A stretch of DNA of 64,000 nt from Candidatus Magasanikiibacteriota bacterium (GCA_903893485.1 CAITMK010000014.1:2144-66143); one strand, 5' to 3'; numbered from the stretch's first letter, positions 8,654 to 19,560 are shown. Notes: generated from the sequence alone by a model not told the origin. Numbers and translations are program-made.

Positions 8654-9583
8654 TTAAATATTCAAGCGAGTGATTTCTTCGTGCAGCTGCACGCCAAATT
8701 GCGCCGCGACTTTTTCTTTTGCCAAATCAATGAGCGCGGCAATGTCCGCGGCCGTGGCGCCCGGTGCTGTCACCATAAAATTTCCATGAACCTCAGAAAT
8801 TTTCGCCCCGCCCTGCACCGCGCCTTTTAAATTCGCTTTTTCAATGAGCCATCCTGCAGGCACGCGATGCGCGGCCAAAAAATTTTCTGGAACGCCAAAC
8901 GCGCGAAGTTGCGGCACAGCCCGTTCTTCAATTTCAACATTTTTAAATGTGCAACCGCTGCTTGGAACACCTTTTGGCTGCGTCTTAATGCGATATTCCA
9001 AAACCTCACGCATTTTTGCAACCGGCCCTGCTGCATCTGCGGCATGCGCAAGTTGCAAAGTAGCAGATAAAATAATCGCATGCGGCAAATTTTTAAAAAC
9101 AGAATCGCGATATCCAAATTTACATTCAGCCGCACTATATTTTTTTACTTCACCATTTTCCAAAACAGAAACACTCACCACAGAATCTTTCATCTCGCCG
9201 CCAGTTGCACCGGCATTGCCATGCACGGCGCCACCAATCGTGCCGGGAACGCCCGCGCCCCACTCAAAACCAGTCAGGCCCGCCCGCACGGATGCACCAG
9301 CAACTGCCGCGGTGATAGCACCAGCGCCCGCGATCACCGCATTGCCTTCAATCAACAAATCGCGATTTTGATACCAAATAATAACGCCCGGAAAACCCAC
9401 ATCGCTTACCAATAAATTACTGCCGCCACCGAGCACGCGCCACGGCAATTTTTTTTCATCAGCAAATGTGATCGCCTCTTGCAGTTCTGCAACGGTGTGC
9501 GCAGCAATACCAAAAAGTGCGTTGCCGCCAACGCCAAACGTGGAATGTTTTGCAAGCGGTTCATTTTCTTTTATGTCGAGCAT
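8654..9583 (-). CDS. murB: UDP-N-acetylenolpyruvoylglucosamine reductase MurB
   Basis: FAD-binding MurB family features; overlaps murC. Confidence 0.9.
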   Translation of the reverse strand: MLDIKENEPLAKHSTFGVGGNALFGIAAHTVAELQEAITFADEKKLPWRVLGGGSNLLVSDVGFPGVIIWYQNRDLLIEGNAVIAGAGAITAAVAGASVRAGLTGFEWGAGVPGTIGGAVHGNAGATGGEMKDSVVSVSVLENGEVKKYSAAECKFGYRDSVFKNLPHAIILSATLQLAHAADAAGPVAKMREVLEYRIKTQPKGVPSSGCTFKNVEIEERAVPQLRAFGVPENFLAAHRVPAGWLIEKANLKGAVQGGAKISEVHGNFMVTAPGATAADIAALIDLAKEKVAAQFGVQLHEEITRLNI

Positions 9584-10953
9584 ACCTCGTGCGCAACTTT
9601 ATAAATATCACCCGCGCCCATTACCACTACAACGTCATCGGGCAACGCATGCGTGCGAATTAAATCCGCGGCTTCGGTTAAATTTGCCGCGTACCAGTGT
9701 GGTTTGCCATCGCGCGCTGCGGCAACATCCTTCAACAGCTGTGAAGAACTCACGGATTGATCCTCGGCGCGTTCGCGACCACGCACATCATAAATTTCAT
9801 GAAGCACCAATGCATCAGGTGCGGCGAGCGCGCTTACAAATTCAGGATATAACGATCCAGTGCGGTGGTGTTGATGCGGCTGATACACCAGCAAAACGCG
9901 GCGGCCCGGGAAAAATTCTTTGGTTGCCTGCACGGTTGCATTCACGGCCGTTGGGTGATGGCCATAATCCGAAATAACCGGCGCGCCATTTACAAAACCA
10001 ACGCGCTCAAAGCGGCGCCATGAACCTGGATATGCGTCGAGTGCCGCAAGCGCCACGTCGGGCGAAACGCCAATTGCAACCGCCGCGGTAAACGCCGCGG
10101 CCGCGTTTGAAACATTAAATGCACCCGGAATGCGCAGTGATAAAATTTTCTGCTCGCCGCCCACAAAAAATTCTGCGTTTTGCGCACCGTCCAAAATATG
10201 ACGTGCACCAATTTTGGTAGCTGTTGCAAATTCACTAAAACCAAAACTTTTTGTTTGCGCAAATTGTTCACCAAACAATTTTCGCACGCTTGATTCGTCT
10301 GCATTCACAATACAATTTTGCGGCGCAACTTTTTTCACATATTCCGCAAATGTCTCCGACAATTTTTCAAAGGAATGATAAAAATCTAAATGATCCGATT
10401 CCAAATTATTCACCACAATATAGGTTGGCGACAATTTCATCATCTGTGCTTCGTGCTCACACGCCTCAACCACAAACCATTCGCCCTGGCCCAAATGCAC
10501 ATTACCGTGCTGCAACGTTTTAACGCGCGTGCCAACCAGCACCAATGGATCTAAACCAGCCGCAATTAAAATTGAACCGAGCATTGCAGTGACCGTGCTT
10601 TTTCCATGTGTGCCCGAAACCGCAATTGTTTTATATTGTTTTGAAATTTCGCCCAGCGCTTCAGAATATGAAAATTGAGGAATGTTTTGATCCTGCGCAG
10701 CAACACGTTCGGCGTTTGAAGCTGGTACCGCACCAGAATATATAATCGCGTCAGCATCAGCAGGCAAATTCCCTGCATCGTGGCCAACATGCACCAAAAT
10801 TCCCTCGGCGCGCACGTCTTCAACTAATGGCGATTCTTCGGCATCAGATCCGGTAACTAAAACACCACGCGACGACAAAATCTTGGCAACCGCGGAAACA
10901 CCCACGCCGCCAATACCAATTACATGTACTTTTTTTGCCTCAAGTAAGCTCAT
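9571..10953 (-). CDS. murC: UDP-N-acetylmuramate--L-alanine ligase MurC
   Basis: Mur ligase motifs (GTHGKST), 460 aa. Confidence 0.9.
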   Translation of the reverse strand: MSLLEAKKVHVIGIGGVGVSAVAKILSSRGVLVTGSDAEESPLVEDVRAEGILVHVGHDAGNLPADADAIIYSGAVPASNAERVAAQDQNIPQFSYSEALGEISKQYKTIAVSGTHGKSTVTAMLGSILIAAGLDPLVLVGTRVKTLQHGNVHLGQGEWFVVEACEHEAQMMKLSPTYIVVNNLESDHLDFYHSFEKLSETFAEYVKKVAPQNCIVNADESSVRKLFGEQFAQTKSFGFSEFATATKIGARHILDGAQNAEFFVGGEQKILSLRIPGAFNVSNAAAAFTAAVAIGVSPDVALAALDAYPGSWRRFERVGFVNGAPVISDYGHHPTAVNATVQATKEFFPGRRVLLVYQPHQHHRTGSLYPEFVSALAAPDALVLHEIYDVRGRERAEDQSVSSSQLLKDVAAARDGKPHWYAANLTEAADLIRTHALPDDVVVVMGAGDIYKVAHEVCST

Positions 10954-10958
10954 ATTTT

Positions 10959-12734
10959 TTATTTTACCGGTCTGTCTGGCTGCACGCCCATGTACTCTAG
11001 CAGAAATGGTGCGACTTGGCCAAATACCGGCACCGCGGTACTTTCTGCAAACCGTGCGGCCGGCGCCTCATACGTGATCATCATAACAAATGCAGGATTG
11101 CCAATTGGGCCGTATCCAACGAATGTGTGGTTGTTGGTGTTGGCATCCAAATATTTACCGTTGCCCACAATCTGCGCGGTGCCTGTTTTCCCTGCAATCG
11201 AATACCCTGGCACACGAGCTAATTTGCCATGACCCAAATCGACCACCGACAACATCATGTCCGTAATTTTTTTCGCAGAATCAGCAGTCACCACTTGGCG
11301 AATTTTTTGCGGTGCACGCACGTCAACGGTGCCATCGTAGTGCCGCACACCATACACCACATACGGTTTCATCATGACGCCGCCATTTGCAAGCGCGCCA
11401 TATCCTTGAATTAACTGCAGTGACGTTGCGGTAAGCCCTTGCCCAAACGATGCGGTTGCTAAATATACACTTCCTGTTTTGTCGAGTGATTTTATTGTTC
11501 CCTTTGATTCAATTTTAAGTTCAATACCACTTGGCAAACCAAAACCAAATGCTTGCATATACGTACGAAACTTTTGCAGCCCCATTTTTTCCGCGGCAAA
11601 AATAGTACCTGTATTAATTGATTCACGAATAACATCAGTCATGGTTTGCACGCCCCACGTTTTATTCGCCGCGTTACGAATTGAAAAATGATCACGCACA
11701 TCAACACCCGTATCAGTATATTGCGTCGTTGGTGTTACCGCGCCTGCGTCCATTGCCGCAGACATGGTAAACGCCTTAAAAACCGAACCCGGTTCAAACG
11801 CACGAAAAATTGCGTTATTGTTAAAAGTACTCGCATCGGTAACATGCTGAAAATCATTTGGATCGAATGTTGGTGTATTACACATTGCCAAAATAGCACC
11901 CGTGTGCGGATCCATAATAATGCCACTACCAGATTTTGCATGATACGTTACCGCACCCGCGGCCAAGGCCTGACATAATTTTAATTGAATCGAACGATCG
12001 AGCGTTAAAATAATATCGTCCCCATCATGCGCATCTTGCAAATCGCGATTTGCAACCGGAATCCATCCGCCGAATGGATCTTTTTCCGTGTGCACAAAAC
12101 CATTCACCCCTTTTAATTCATCTTCAAAAAAACCTTCCACGCCATATTTACCCGTTGGGTCACCTTGCGCATCGCGCCCAACAAAACCAACAACTTGCGA
12201 AAATAAATCACCTTCCGGATAAAAACGCGCAGGATTGCGATCGATATAAATGCCCGCAATTTGTTCTGTTTTTAAACGATCAAGCAAATCAGTAACCGCA
12301 CCAGGCGAAACATCTTTAATCAGTGGCTGATATGCACGAAGTTTGTCAGACAGCTTTTCAAGCAACGCACTTTTATCCGGATCTGATAAATGCAGAACAT
12401 CAGCAATCACCGATGCGGCGTGCAGCGGATCTTCGATTTTGCGATTATCCGAAATCAAAATAAGTTGATCACGGTTCAACGCAACTGGAAATGTTTGATT
12501 CTGGCCGGCGCGCGCATCACGCACATAAATTTCACCGCGCTTGGCGGTTAAAATTTGCGTAAGGGTATGCGATGCAGCTGCTTCGGCCACAAACGCACTG
12601 TGACGCACCACCTGCATATAAAAAAGTCGTGCAATAAAAAGTGCAACCAAAACAATCCACACAATTGCAACATTACGTAGCCGCTTTGTCTCTGAACTAG
12701 AATTACCAGCCATTTTTATCATAAGCTCCCGCAA
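10959..12734 (-). CDS. Class B penicillin-binding protein (FtsI-like transpeptidase)
   Basis: N-terminal TM segment plus transpeptidase SxxK and KTGTA motifs; probable real start MAGNSS near 12712. Confidence 0.9.
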   Translation of the reverse strand: MRELMIKMAGNSSSETKRLRNVAIVWIVLVALFIARLFYMQVVRHSAFVAEAAASHTLTQILTAKRGEIYVRDARAGQNQTFPVALNRDQLILISDNRKIEDPLHAASVIADVLHLSDPDKSALLEKLSDKLRAYQPLIKDVSPGAVTDLLDRLKTEQIAGIYIDRNPARFYPEGDLFSQVVGFVGRDAQGDPTGKYGVEGFFEDELKGVNGFVHTEKDPFGGWIPVANRDLQDAHDGDDIILTLDRSIQLKLCQALAAGAVTYHAKSGSGIIMDPHTGAILAMCNTPTFDPNDFQHVTDASTFNNNAIFRAFEPGSVFKAFTMSAAMDAGAVTPTTQYTDTGVDVRDHFSIRNAANKTWGVQTMTDVIRESINTGTIFAAEKMGLQKFRTYMQAFGFGLPSGIELKIESKGTIKSLDKTGSVYLATASFGQGLTATSLQLIQGYGALANGGVMMKPYVVYGVRHYDGTVDVRAPQKIRQVVTADSAKKITDMMLSVVDLGHGKLARVPGYSIAGKTGTAQIVGNGKYLDANTNNHTFVGYGPIGNPAFVMMITYEAPAARFAESTAVPVFGQVAPFLLEYMGVQPDRPVK

Positions 12735-12788
12735 TTATAGCACATTGACATTTACGCTTCTTCCTGGTATACTTTTGCGTCATCGCCT

Positions 12789-13664
12789 ATGGATACCGAA
12801 TCACTGCGCGCGCTCGTACACGCGCATGAGCAACCACGACGCCAAGCGCTTTCTTCCAAACTGCCACATCTCAAACGTGGAATTATTTTGGCACGGCGCA
12901 CGCATCGGTCCATTACAAATTATTTAAATCCTGCGATTCAAAATAAAAAATCAAAAACTTTTTTTACTCATGTGATTGCGCGTCACCAAAGTGTGTTGGT
13001 GCGTAAACTTGGCAACAGCGATGTAAAATTGCAGGAAGAAAAAATTATCAATTTACGTCGTGCCTGCGAAGATTTAAACGGCATCATCATTGAACCAGGC
13101 AAAATTTTTTCGCTGTGGCATTTGATTGGCCAACCAACACATGCCAAAGGGTACGTAACTGGCATGCTGCTTTCGAATGGGAAAGTCGTGCCGGGCATCG
13201 GCGGTGGTCTGTGCCAACTTTCAAATTTTTTGTGCTGGATTTTTATGCACGCCGACACCAAAATTATTGAGCGTTACCACCATTCCATGGATGTGTTCCC
13301 TGATTCTGGCCGCGTGTTGCCATTTGGCAGTGGCGCAACGTGCCTTTATAATTTTATTGATTTAAAAATCAAAAACACGGGTGCTGAGCCACTGCAATTA
13401 AAAATTTGTGTCACCGATACGCATCTTAAAGGCCAGCTCGTTTCACCAAAATCAGCTGACGCTAAATTCTCAGTGTTTGAAGCCGAGCACTGCTTTGTAA
13501 AAACTACAAAAAAATATTTTCGATACAACGAAATTTTTCGCGCAAAAAAAATTAATGGTCAAGAAATTTCGCAGGAAAAATTATTTACTAATTTTGCGCC
13601 TGTTTTGTATCCAGTCACATCAGAATATTTAACCGAAAATAATTTTACTGTGGTCGAACTATAA
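12789..13664 (+). CDS. VanW-like protein
   Basis: VanW family signature GIGGGLCQLSNFL; only plus-strand gene in this neighbourhood. Confidence 0.8.
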   Translation: MDTESLRALVHAHEQPRRQALSSKLPHLKRGIILARRTHRSITNYLNPAIQNKKSKTFFTHVIARHQSVLVRKLGNSDVKLQEEKIINLRRACEDLNGIIIEPGKIFSLWHLIGQPTHAKGYVTGMLLSNGKVVPGIGGGLCQLSNFLCWIFMHADTKIIERYHHSMDVFPDSGRVLPFGSGATCLYNFIDLKIKNTGAEPLQLKICVTDTHLKGQLVSPKSADAKFSVFEAEHCFVKTTKKYFRYNEIFRAKKINGQEISQEKLFTNFAPVLYPVTSEYLTENNFTVVEL

Positions 13665-13703
13665 AAAATGCCTCAGCCCGCTCTGTTTCCAAAGGGGCCG
13701 AGG
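13663..13703 (-). terminator. Intrinsic terminator of GC-rich island A gene
   Basis: On the minus strand CCTCGGCCC-loop-GGGCTGAGG (9-bp stem with one G.U) followed by CATTTTTTAT. Confidence 0.7.
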
Positions 13704-13718
13704 ACTTGGTTTGCAGCA

Positions 13719-14708
13719 TTACTTGGGCGTGCCCGGCGTCGACACGATCACCTCATCACTTTCCAGAAAAGTCGATCCGAACAAAACACGTTCCAGCTGA
13801 ATTTGCGGCGGCATGCCATGCTCAGACCTCTTCAAGCGGATAAACATCCGCTCATTCTGGCCTTCGCTCTCGACGTAAGACATCGCAGTGTACGCCTTCC
13901 GCTCAGACCCGCGCCCAAAGCCGCTCAAGTTGAACGAACAACGATGCCACTCTTCCTGAAACCAGTAACCGGTTGGATTGTAGCAAAACATGATGCACAT
14001 GAACACCACTTGCGCTGGCGTTGCCGCGCGGTCCGATGAAACCGTATTCCCCACGCTCGGCTCGTATGCAATCCAGCGCCATTCAACTTCTTGTGGAGGC
14101 TGATAGAGAGACAGCACGCCAAAGCCCTCACGATCTGTTGTCCGTGGTGGAAAACAAATCTCTGGCCACGAACCACTACCTCTCGGAAACCACTCCAGCA
14201 GATTCGCCAGCGTCAAGTCCGGATGCATGGGATAAAGCAGTGCTGCCGGCGTTGCACCTTGCGTGTGCGTCTCAACCGCTTTCGGCAAGTCCTCTTGCAG
14301 TTTCTCGATCTGCGCAGCCGTGAAACGCACGTGTCCACGCATGGCCCGCTCAACTTCAACAGGGTGCACGATCCTGCGCGCCATGGGAGGCTTGCGATCA
14401 ATCACAAAGCTTTCCGCAATGGGATTTGTACCCATGAAGCGCGCCAACATGTCATCGATTTCGACGCAGGTGATTTGCCCATTACTCAGCGCCAGCAACA
14501 ATCGATTGATCCAGATACCCGCGCCAAGAAATTCACAAAGCGCTTCAGGATCGAACACGCCCTCTCGTGCAACTTCAAGGGCGCGTTTGGCCAGCCGCCA
14601 TTGAAAGTTCTCGCGCTGTGCGTGTTTGCCATGGCCGTGCCACCGGTCCTGCCAATAGGCGGCGTCAAACATTTGTTGAAGCGTCGGAAGTGAACGAATA
14701 ACACTCAT
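13719..14708 (-). CDS. GC-rich island A hypothetical protein (329 aa from ATG, 340 aa from the upstream GTG)
   Basis: About 60% GC ORF with SD GAGG 7 nt before ATG at 14708, its own terminator, and no recognisable domain; aromatic/Trp-rich. Confidence 0.5.
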   Translation of the reverse strand: MSVIRSLPTLQQMFDAAYWQDRWHGHGKHAQRENFQWRLAKRALEVAREGVFDPEALCEFLGAGIWINRLLLALSNGQITCVEIDDMLARFMGTNPIAESFVIDRKPPMARRIVHPVEVERAMRGHVRFTAAQIEKLQEDLPKAVETHTQGATPAALLYPMHPDLTLANLLEWFPRGSGSWPEICFPPRTTDREGFGVLSLYQPPQEVEWRWIAYEPSVGNTVSSDRAATPAQVVFMCIMFCYNPTGYWFQEEWHRCSFNLSGFGRGSERKAYTAMSYVESEGQNERMFIRLKRSEHGMPPQIQLERVLFGSTFLESDEVIVSTPGTPK

Positions 14709-14851
14709 TGTCAACCTCACGTTGCTCACCACGAATTTCACGAGGACAAGGCAGCTCTTTGCTGCCGATGCCAGTTCGTAATTCCTTGCAGCAAGCTAAA
14801 GGCATCCACCGCGGATGCTGCGCAAAACCTTACGCGCAATTTTTAAAAATG

Positions 14852-16795
14852 TCAATTTGCCCCGGCCGCGGCCTGCGCTGCCCGATACCCTGCCCACCAC
14901 GTATAAAATTGTTTTGCCGCTGGCACCGCAGCCGTTGCACCTTCAACACCTTCTTCAATTAAAAATACGGTTACGATTTCTGGTTTTTCGTATGGCGCAT
15001 ACGAAACAAACCATGCGTGCGGCTGTTTGGTAGTTGACCACTGCGCGGTACCGGTTTTACCCGCAACCGTGACACCAACATTTTGCAAACTACGGGCGGA
15101 GCCAGCCAAAATCGTCTGACGCATACCTTCGCGCACCACCTGCAGCCACTGCGAATCCACCGGAACTTTCGCGCGCATCGCCGGCGCCACAACATACGTG
15201 GATCCATCTGGCAATAATCGCGATTCCACCAATTGTGGTTTCCAAAGTGTGCCGTCATTGGCAATGGCAGAAATTCCCATTGCCATTTGCAGTGGCGTCA
15301 CCAAAATATCACCTTCACCAATCGACATATTATACGTATCGCCCGGATACCAGGCCTCACCCTTGGTTTCTTTTTTCCATGCTGGCGATTGCACAAAACC
15401 ACGTGCCTCGCCCGGCATATCAACGCCCGTATCGGAGCCAAAACCAAAATATTCCAAATATTGTTTCATGCGATCCGGACCCAAACCATCATTGCCCGTG
15501 CGTCCACCACCTAACAAATAGAAAAATGTATTCACGGATTCCGCAATCGCTTTGCGTACATCGGTTACGCCATGTCCGCCCGCTTTCCAATCCGGAAAAT
15601 AATGATTCCCCAACTGAATACCACCAACAGAATTTACCGTTGTCGTTGGCGTAATCACCCCTTCTTGCAAACCAGCTGCCGCATAAAATGGCTTGATAAT
15701 CGAACCCGATGGAAATTGTCCACCAATCACACGATTCAAAAGTGGCTGATCCGGCCCAGTAGTAAGAGCCGTGTAAGCTGCAGGCGAAATCGTATTAGAA
15801 AATAAATTTGGATCAAAACCCGGCAGTGAAACCATGCCTAAAATTTGTCCGTTACGCGGATCAACTGCAATCGCGCTACCACGCGTGCGATTTGAAACTT
15901 TTAAGCCCAACTGCAGCGCCGATTCCAACTGCTGTTGAATTTGCAAATCAATGCTAAGCACCAAGCCATCGCCCGGCACCGGATCAGTCACCGAAACCGT
16001 ACGCTGCTCCGCGCCGCGTGCGTTAAATTCCGCATCGCGCGCACCGGGCACGCCGCGTAAATAAGTTTCCATGGAATCTTCCAAACCCGTTTTACCAATC
16101 AAATCAGTTGGATAATATTCCTCATCCACATGTGATTCCAATTCATCCGCAGAAATACGCCCCATGTAACCCAAAACATGCGCCATACTTTCAGGCAAAG
16201 GCGTTTGGCTGCCTGGCACGCCCGCAACATATAAACGTTTTGCCGAACGTTCAATCGTTAGCCCTGGAAACGCCGCGCTTTTTAAATAAACTTGCACGGC
16301 TTCATCGTATGTAATCGGATCTTTTACCACGACACTTGCGTAGGAATATTTTTGAAATGCATCAAGCATGGCATTAATTTTATCTTCACCAACGCCAACC
16401 GTTGCGCCAATCTGACGAATCACGGCTTCGCGATCCGTAGCATTACGTGGTAAATCCTGTGCGCGCAACGTGAGTCGAAAGTTTGGCACATTCGTTACGA
16501 GCGGTACCATATTGCGGTCAAATAAAATGCCGCGCTCTGGAATAATCGGCTGCGTGTGCAATCGATTATGATCCGACAAAACTCGCCACGCGTTACCCTG
16601 CACGAGTTGTAATTGCACCACGCGTGCAGTAAGCGCACACAAAACCAATGCTGCAAAAAGTCCAAAAACTTTAATGCGCGTACCACCAACAGCGGCTCCT
16701 AAAAATCCAGAATTTTCATCTGTTGCAACAGGCGCCGCATCTTCCACCCATTGATTTCGCCGCTGGATAAAAACTCCACTTTGAAACCATTTCAT
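14852..16795 (-). CDS. mrdA: Penicillin-binding protein 2 (MrdA), elongasome transpeptidase
   Basis: PBP2 dimerisation plus transpeptidase domains (SxxK, KTGTAQ); start MKWFQS at 16795 gives a 4-nt overlap with mreD. Confidence 0.9.
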   Translation of the reverse strand: MKWFQSGVFIQRRNQWVEDAAPVATDENSGFLGAAVGGTRIKVFGLFAALVLCALTARVVQLQLVQGNAWRVLSDHNRLHTQPIIPERGILFDRNMVPLVTNVPNFRLTLRAQDLPRNATDREAVIRQIGATVGVGEDKINAMLDAFQKYSYASVVVKDPITYDEAVQVYLKSAAFPGLTIERSAKRLYVAGVPGSQTPLPESMAHVLGYMGRISADELESHVDEEYYPTDLIGKTGLEDSMETYLRGVPGARDAEFNARGAEQRTVSVTDPVPGDGLVLSIDLQIQQQLESALQLGLKVSNRTRGSAIAVDPRNGQILGMVSLPGFDPNLFSNTISPAAYTALTTGPDQPLLNRVIGGQFPSGSIIKPFYAAAGLQEGVITPTTTVNSVGGIQLGNHYFPDWKAGGHGVTDVRKAIAESVNTFFYLLGGGRTGNDGLGPDRMKQYLEYFGFGSDTGVDMPGEARGFVQSPAWKKETKGEAWYPGDTYNMSIGEGDILVTPLQMAMGISAIANDGTLWKPQLVESRLLPDGSTYVVAPAMRAKVPVDSQWLQVVREGMRQTILAGSARSLQNVGVTVAGKTGTAQWSTTKQPHAWFVSYAPYEKPEIVTVFLIEEGVEGATAAVPAAKQFYTWWAGYRAAQAAAGAN

Positions 16796-17301
16796 AGAAT
16801 ATGGCCCACACGTGATGGCGAACGGCTCGTCCACCAACGAGGAATTAAAATATATAACGTTGTAGTCACCAGTGCGGTGCCCAAACCTTGTATTAAAAGA
16901 ATGCGAGGCAATTCAGCCCATTCAATATTTCCAAATCCACTAAATAAAACATGGAGCGCTGCCCACAGCAACCCAACGCCCGCTGCAATTACGGCGCATC
17001 CTGTGTACGAGCGATGGGTCACCACTTCCGTGGCCACGCGTGACATAATATATACCACACAAACATACGCTAAAATTCCCACGCCAAATCCTGCACCGCG
17101 ATAGACGTCGGTAATGCCAACCGCAACCAAAAAAATCCAAAAGGTGCTGAGCGGCAATCGAAGTACGAGCGCTAATGCAACACAAACTGGCAAAAGTGGA
17201 AATAGTGAAAATGGATATGGAAGCGCAGCCACCACGCCAACCGTAAGCACACCTAATAAAAGTCCGGCCAGTAAAATTAAAATGGCACGGAAAATCCACA
17301 T
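16792..17301 (-). CDS. mreD: Rod shape-determining protein MreD
   Basis: Polytopic 169-aa membrane protein directly downstream of mreC in an mreBCD-mrdA arrangement. Confidence 0.55.
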   Translation of the reverse strand: MWIFRAILILLAGLLLGVLTVGVVAALPYPFSLFPLLPVCVALALVLRLPLSTFWIFLVAVGITDVYRGAGFGVGILAYVCVVYIMSRVATEVVTHRSYTGCAVIAAGVGLLWAALHVLFSGFGNIEWAELPRILLIQGLGTALVTTTLYILIPRWWTSRSPSRVGHIL

Positions 17302-17302
17302 A

Positions 17303-18094
17303 TTATTTATGCAAAATAATAGAAACAGTTTTTATTTGCTCAAATGGAATCGCTAAATTTAACAGCGCATGCTGAAACGGCTCGTACGTTTCGCGGCCAA
17401 CCGTAACCACGCTACCAATCAAAAGTCCCGCGGGCATTTTATCGTCGCTCGCATCAGTCACTAGCGTATCACCAGCAGCCACAACTTCTTCTGGCGGAAT
17501 AAGCGTGAGTCGCACACCCAAACCATAACCACCTTCAACAATGCCAATCGCACGACCGGATTTTCCTAAAAGCGCACCAACGCGCGATGCACGATCATTT
17601 AATAAACGCACAACCGCTCGAGCATCTTCAACACGTGCAACGCGACCAACTAATACACCATTTTCAGTAAACACCACATCGTCAACCGCAACACCATCAC
17701 TGCTACCACGATTCACAATAAATGCTTGCTCAGAAATATCAGTTGTTTTTGCAACCACGTCAGCACCGATCGTGCCCCATGCATTTCGTTCGGGATACGC
17801 AAGTTGCCGGCGGAGCGTTGCATTTTCAGATTCCACCAATGCAACGCGGGCTTCGAGTTCATCGCGCTGACGCATGACCGCGGGTAATAATTCTTTTGCG
17901 GCAACGGTACTGCGCCACGAAGAGAAACTGGTGCTCATACCCGAGGTACTTACAAATAATTTATTTACCAACCAATTAGTTGGTACTGCGGCCAATCGTT
18001 CAACCGGAGAAAGTAATCCAACAACATGAAGCGCCACTAAAAAAATCGTGGCGCCCGCATACCAGCGCAAATGTTTAACGGATCGAAACCGCAT
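17303..18094 (-). CDS. mreC: Rod shape-determining protein MreC
   Basis: N-terminal TM, coiled coil, beta-rich C-terminus; position between mreB and mreD. Confidence 0.8.
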   Translation of the reverse strand: MRFRSVKHLRWYAGATIFLVALHVVGLLSPVERLAAVPTNWLVNKLFVSTSGMSTSFSSWRSTVAAKELLPAVMRQRDELEARVALVESENATLRRQLAYPERNAWGTIGADVVAKTTDISEQAFIVNRGSSDGVAVDDVVFTENGVLVGRVARVEDARAVVRLLNDRASRVGALLGKSGRAIGIVEGGYGLGVRLTLIPPEEVVAAGDTLVTDASDDKMPAGLLIGSVVTVGRETYEPFQHALLNLAIPFEQIKTVSIILHK

Positions 18095-18111
18095 AAAAAA
18101 TTTTAAACGAC

Positions 18112-19167
18112 TTATCCAACTTTTTCTTGGATGCGCGCACTTGGCAATTCAACTTCACGTAAAACTTCTGGATGTTCAAGCAGTAAGCCAGTGCCGCGTA
18201 CAACCGCAGTTGTTGGATCATCAGCAACGCGTACCGGAATTTCGCAAGCCTTTGCAATCGCACTATCGAGGCCACGGAGCTGCGTGCCGCCACCAACCAT
18301 TACAATGCCGCGTTCATGAATATCTGCGACCAATTCTGGTGGGGTAACTTCCAAGGTTGCCTTAACCGCATCAATAATAGATTTAACTGAACGATGCAGC
18401 GCCTCGCGCACATGCGAATCCGTAATCATCACTTCTTTTGGCAAGCCCGTGAGCAAATCTCGACCGCGCACTGCCATCTGTTCCCCACTTGCAAACGGTT
18501 CAGCGGAGCCCAATTTCTTTTTTACTTCTTCAGCCTGGTGTTCACCAACTAACAAATTAAAAGCTTCGCGGCAATATTGCACAATATTATGATCCATTTC
18601 GTCGCCCGCAATTGGCAGTGAACGCCACGTTACCACACCACCCAGCGAAATAACGGCGATTTCGGTGATACCCGCACCAACTGACATAATCATGGTGCCA
18701 ACCGCCTCTTCAACCGGCAGTCGAACGCCAAATGCTGCGGCCATGAGCGCTTCAATAACGTGCACCTCGGATGCGCCAGCAGAATAAGTTGCGTCTTCAA
18801 TTGCTTTGCGTTCTACTTCAGTAATTTCGAGCGGCGCGCCAATAACCACACGAGGACGCGCAACCAAATTCACACCATCTTCATGGATTTTATCGATAAA
18901 ATATTTAATCATTTTTTCCGCAACTTCGTAATCGGAAATAATTCCACGGAGCAACGGGCGCGACGTAGTGATATGCCCCGGCGTTTTGCCAACCATATCG
19001 CGTGCATGATGGCCCACCGCAATAATCTGATCAGTTTTACTATTCAGCGCCACCACGGATGGCTCATCAACCACAATGCCTTTGTCGCGCACATACACGC
19101 GTGTAAAAGAAGACCCTAAATCAAGGCCAACGTCCTTACTAAATTTCCGGAAAAAATTTTTAAACAT
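18112..19167 (-). CDS. mreB: Rod shape-determining actin homologue MreB
   Basis: Actin-fold ATPase motifs (GIDLGSS-like DLGSSFTRVYV, VGGGTQL). Confidence 0.95.
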   Translation of the reverse strand: MFKNFFRKFSKDVGLDLGSSFTRVYVRDKGIVVDEPSVVALNSKTDQIIAVGHHARDMVGKTPGHITTSRPLLRGIISDYEVAEKMIKYFIDKIHEDGVNLVARPRVVIGAPLEITEVERKAIEDATYSAGASEVHVIEALMAAAFGVRLPVEEAVGTMIMSVGAGITEIAVISLGGVVTWRSLPIAGDEMDHNIVQYCREAFNLLVGEHQAEEVKKKLGSAEPFASGEQMAVRGRDLLTGLPKEVMITDSHVREALHRSVKSIIDAVKATLEVTPPELVADIHERGIVMVGGGTQLRGLDSAIAKACEIPVRVADDPTTAVVRGTGLLLEHPEVLREVELPSARIQEKVG

Positions 19168-19179
19168 AACGATCTGGTC

Positions 19180-19560
19180 TTAGCGTCGCGATTCAAGCGT
19201 AACATATTGTTGTTCCAAAAGACCAATGGCTGCAATAAGAAGCAGCACCACCCACCACCGTAAAAAATTGTAGTGGAGTAGCATGAGCGAAATGACGAAG
19301 AGCACGGACAAAAGCGTTGCCTGTCGAAACGTACGGCGCACATACATGACGATTAATTCATCACGCTTTTGAATGTACACCCGAATGACAAACCCAATGA
19401 CCGCAAAAAAACCAAGCAGCGCCAAAAGTAAACTGAGATAAAAAAGCGCAATAATAGGATATCCCGCGGCCGGTGTGGTGGTGGTAAGCAAAACGCCCCA
19501 CGCGCCCCACGCAAGAATGTCGGTAAAAAGAACAAGTGCCAGAAAACCCTTTAGGGACAT
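19180..19560 (-). CDS. Hypothetical polytopic membrane protein
   Basis: 126 aa with 3-4 predicted TM helices. Confidence 0.45.
   Translation of the reverse strand: MSLKGFLALVLFTDILAWGAWGVLLTTTTPAAGYPIIALFYLSLLLALLGFFAVIGFVIRVYIQKRDELIVMYVRRTFRQATLLSVLFVISLMLLHYNFLRWWVVLLLIAAIGLLEQQYVTLESRR

Noticed and set aside
8844-9977. Plus-strand ORFs 8844-9371, 9080-9415 and 9468-9977 across murB/murC
   Set aside because: Antisense of well-supported murB/murC; Arg/Pro/Ala-rich composition typical of GC-skewed antisense frames.
14091-14693. 200-aa plus-strand ORF inside island A
   Set aside because: Arg-rich antisense frame of the minus-strand island gene, which has the SD and terminator.
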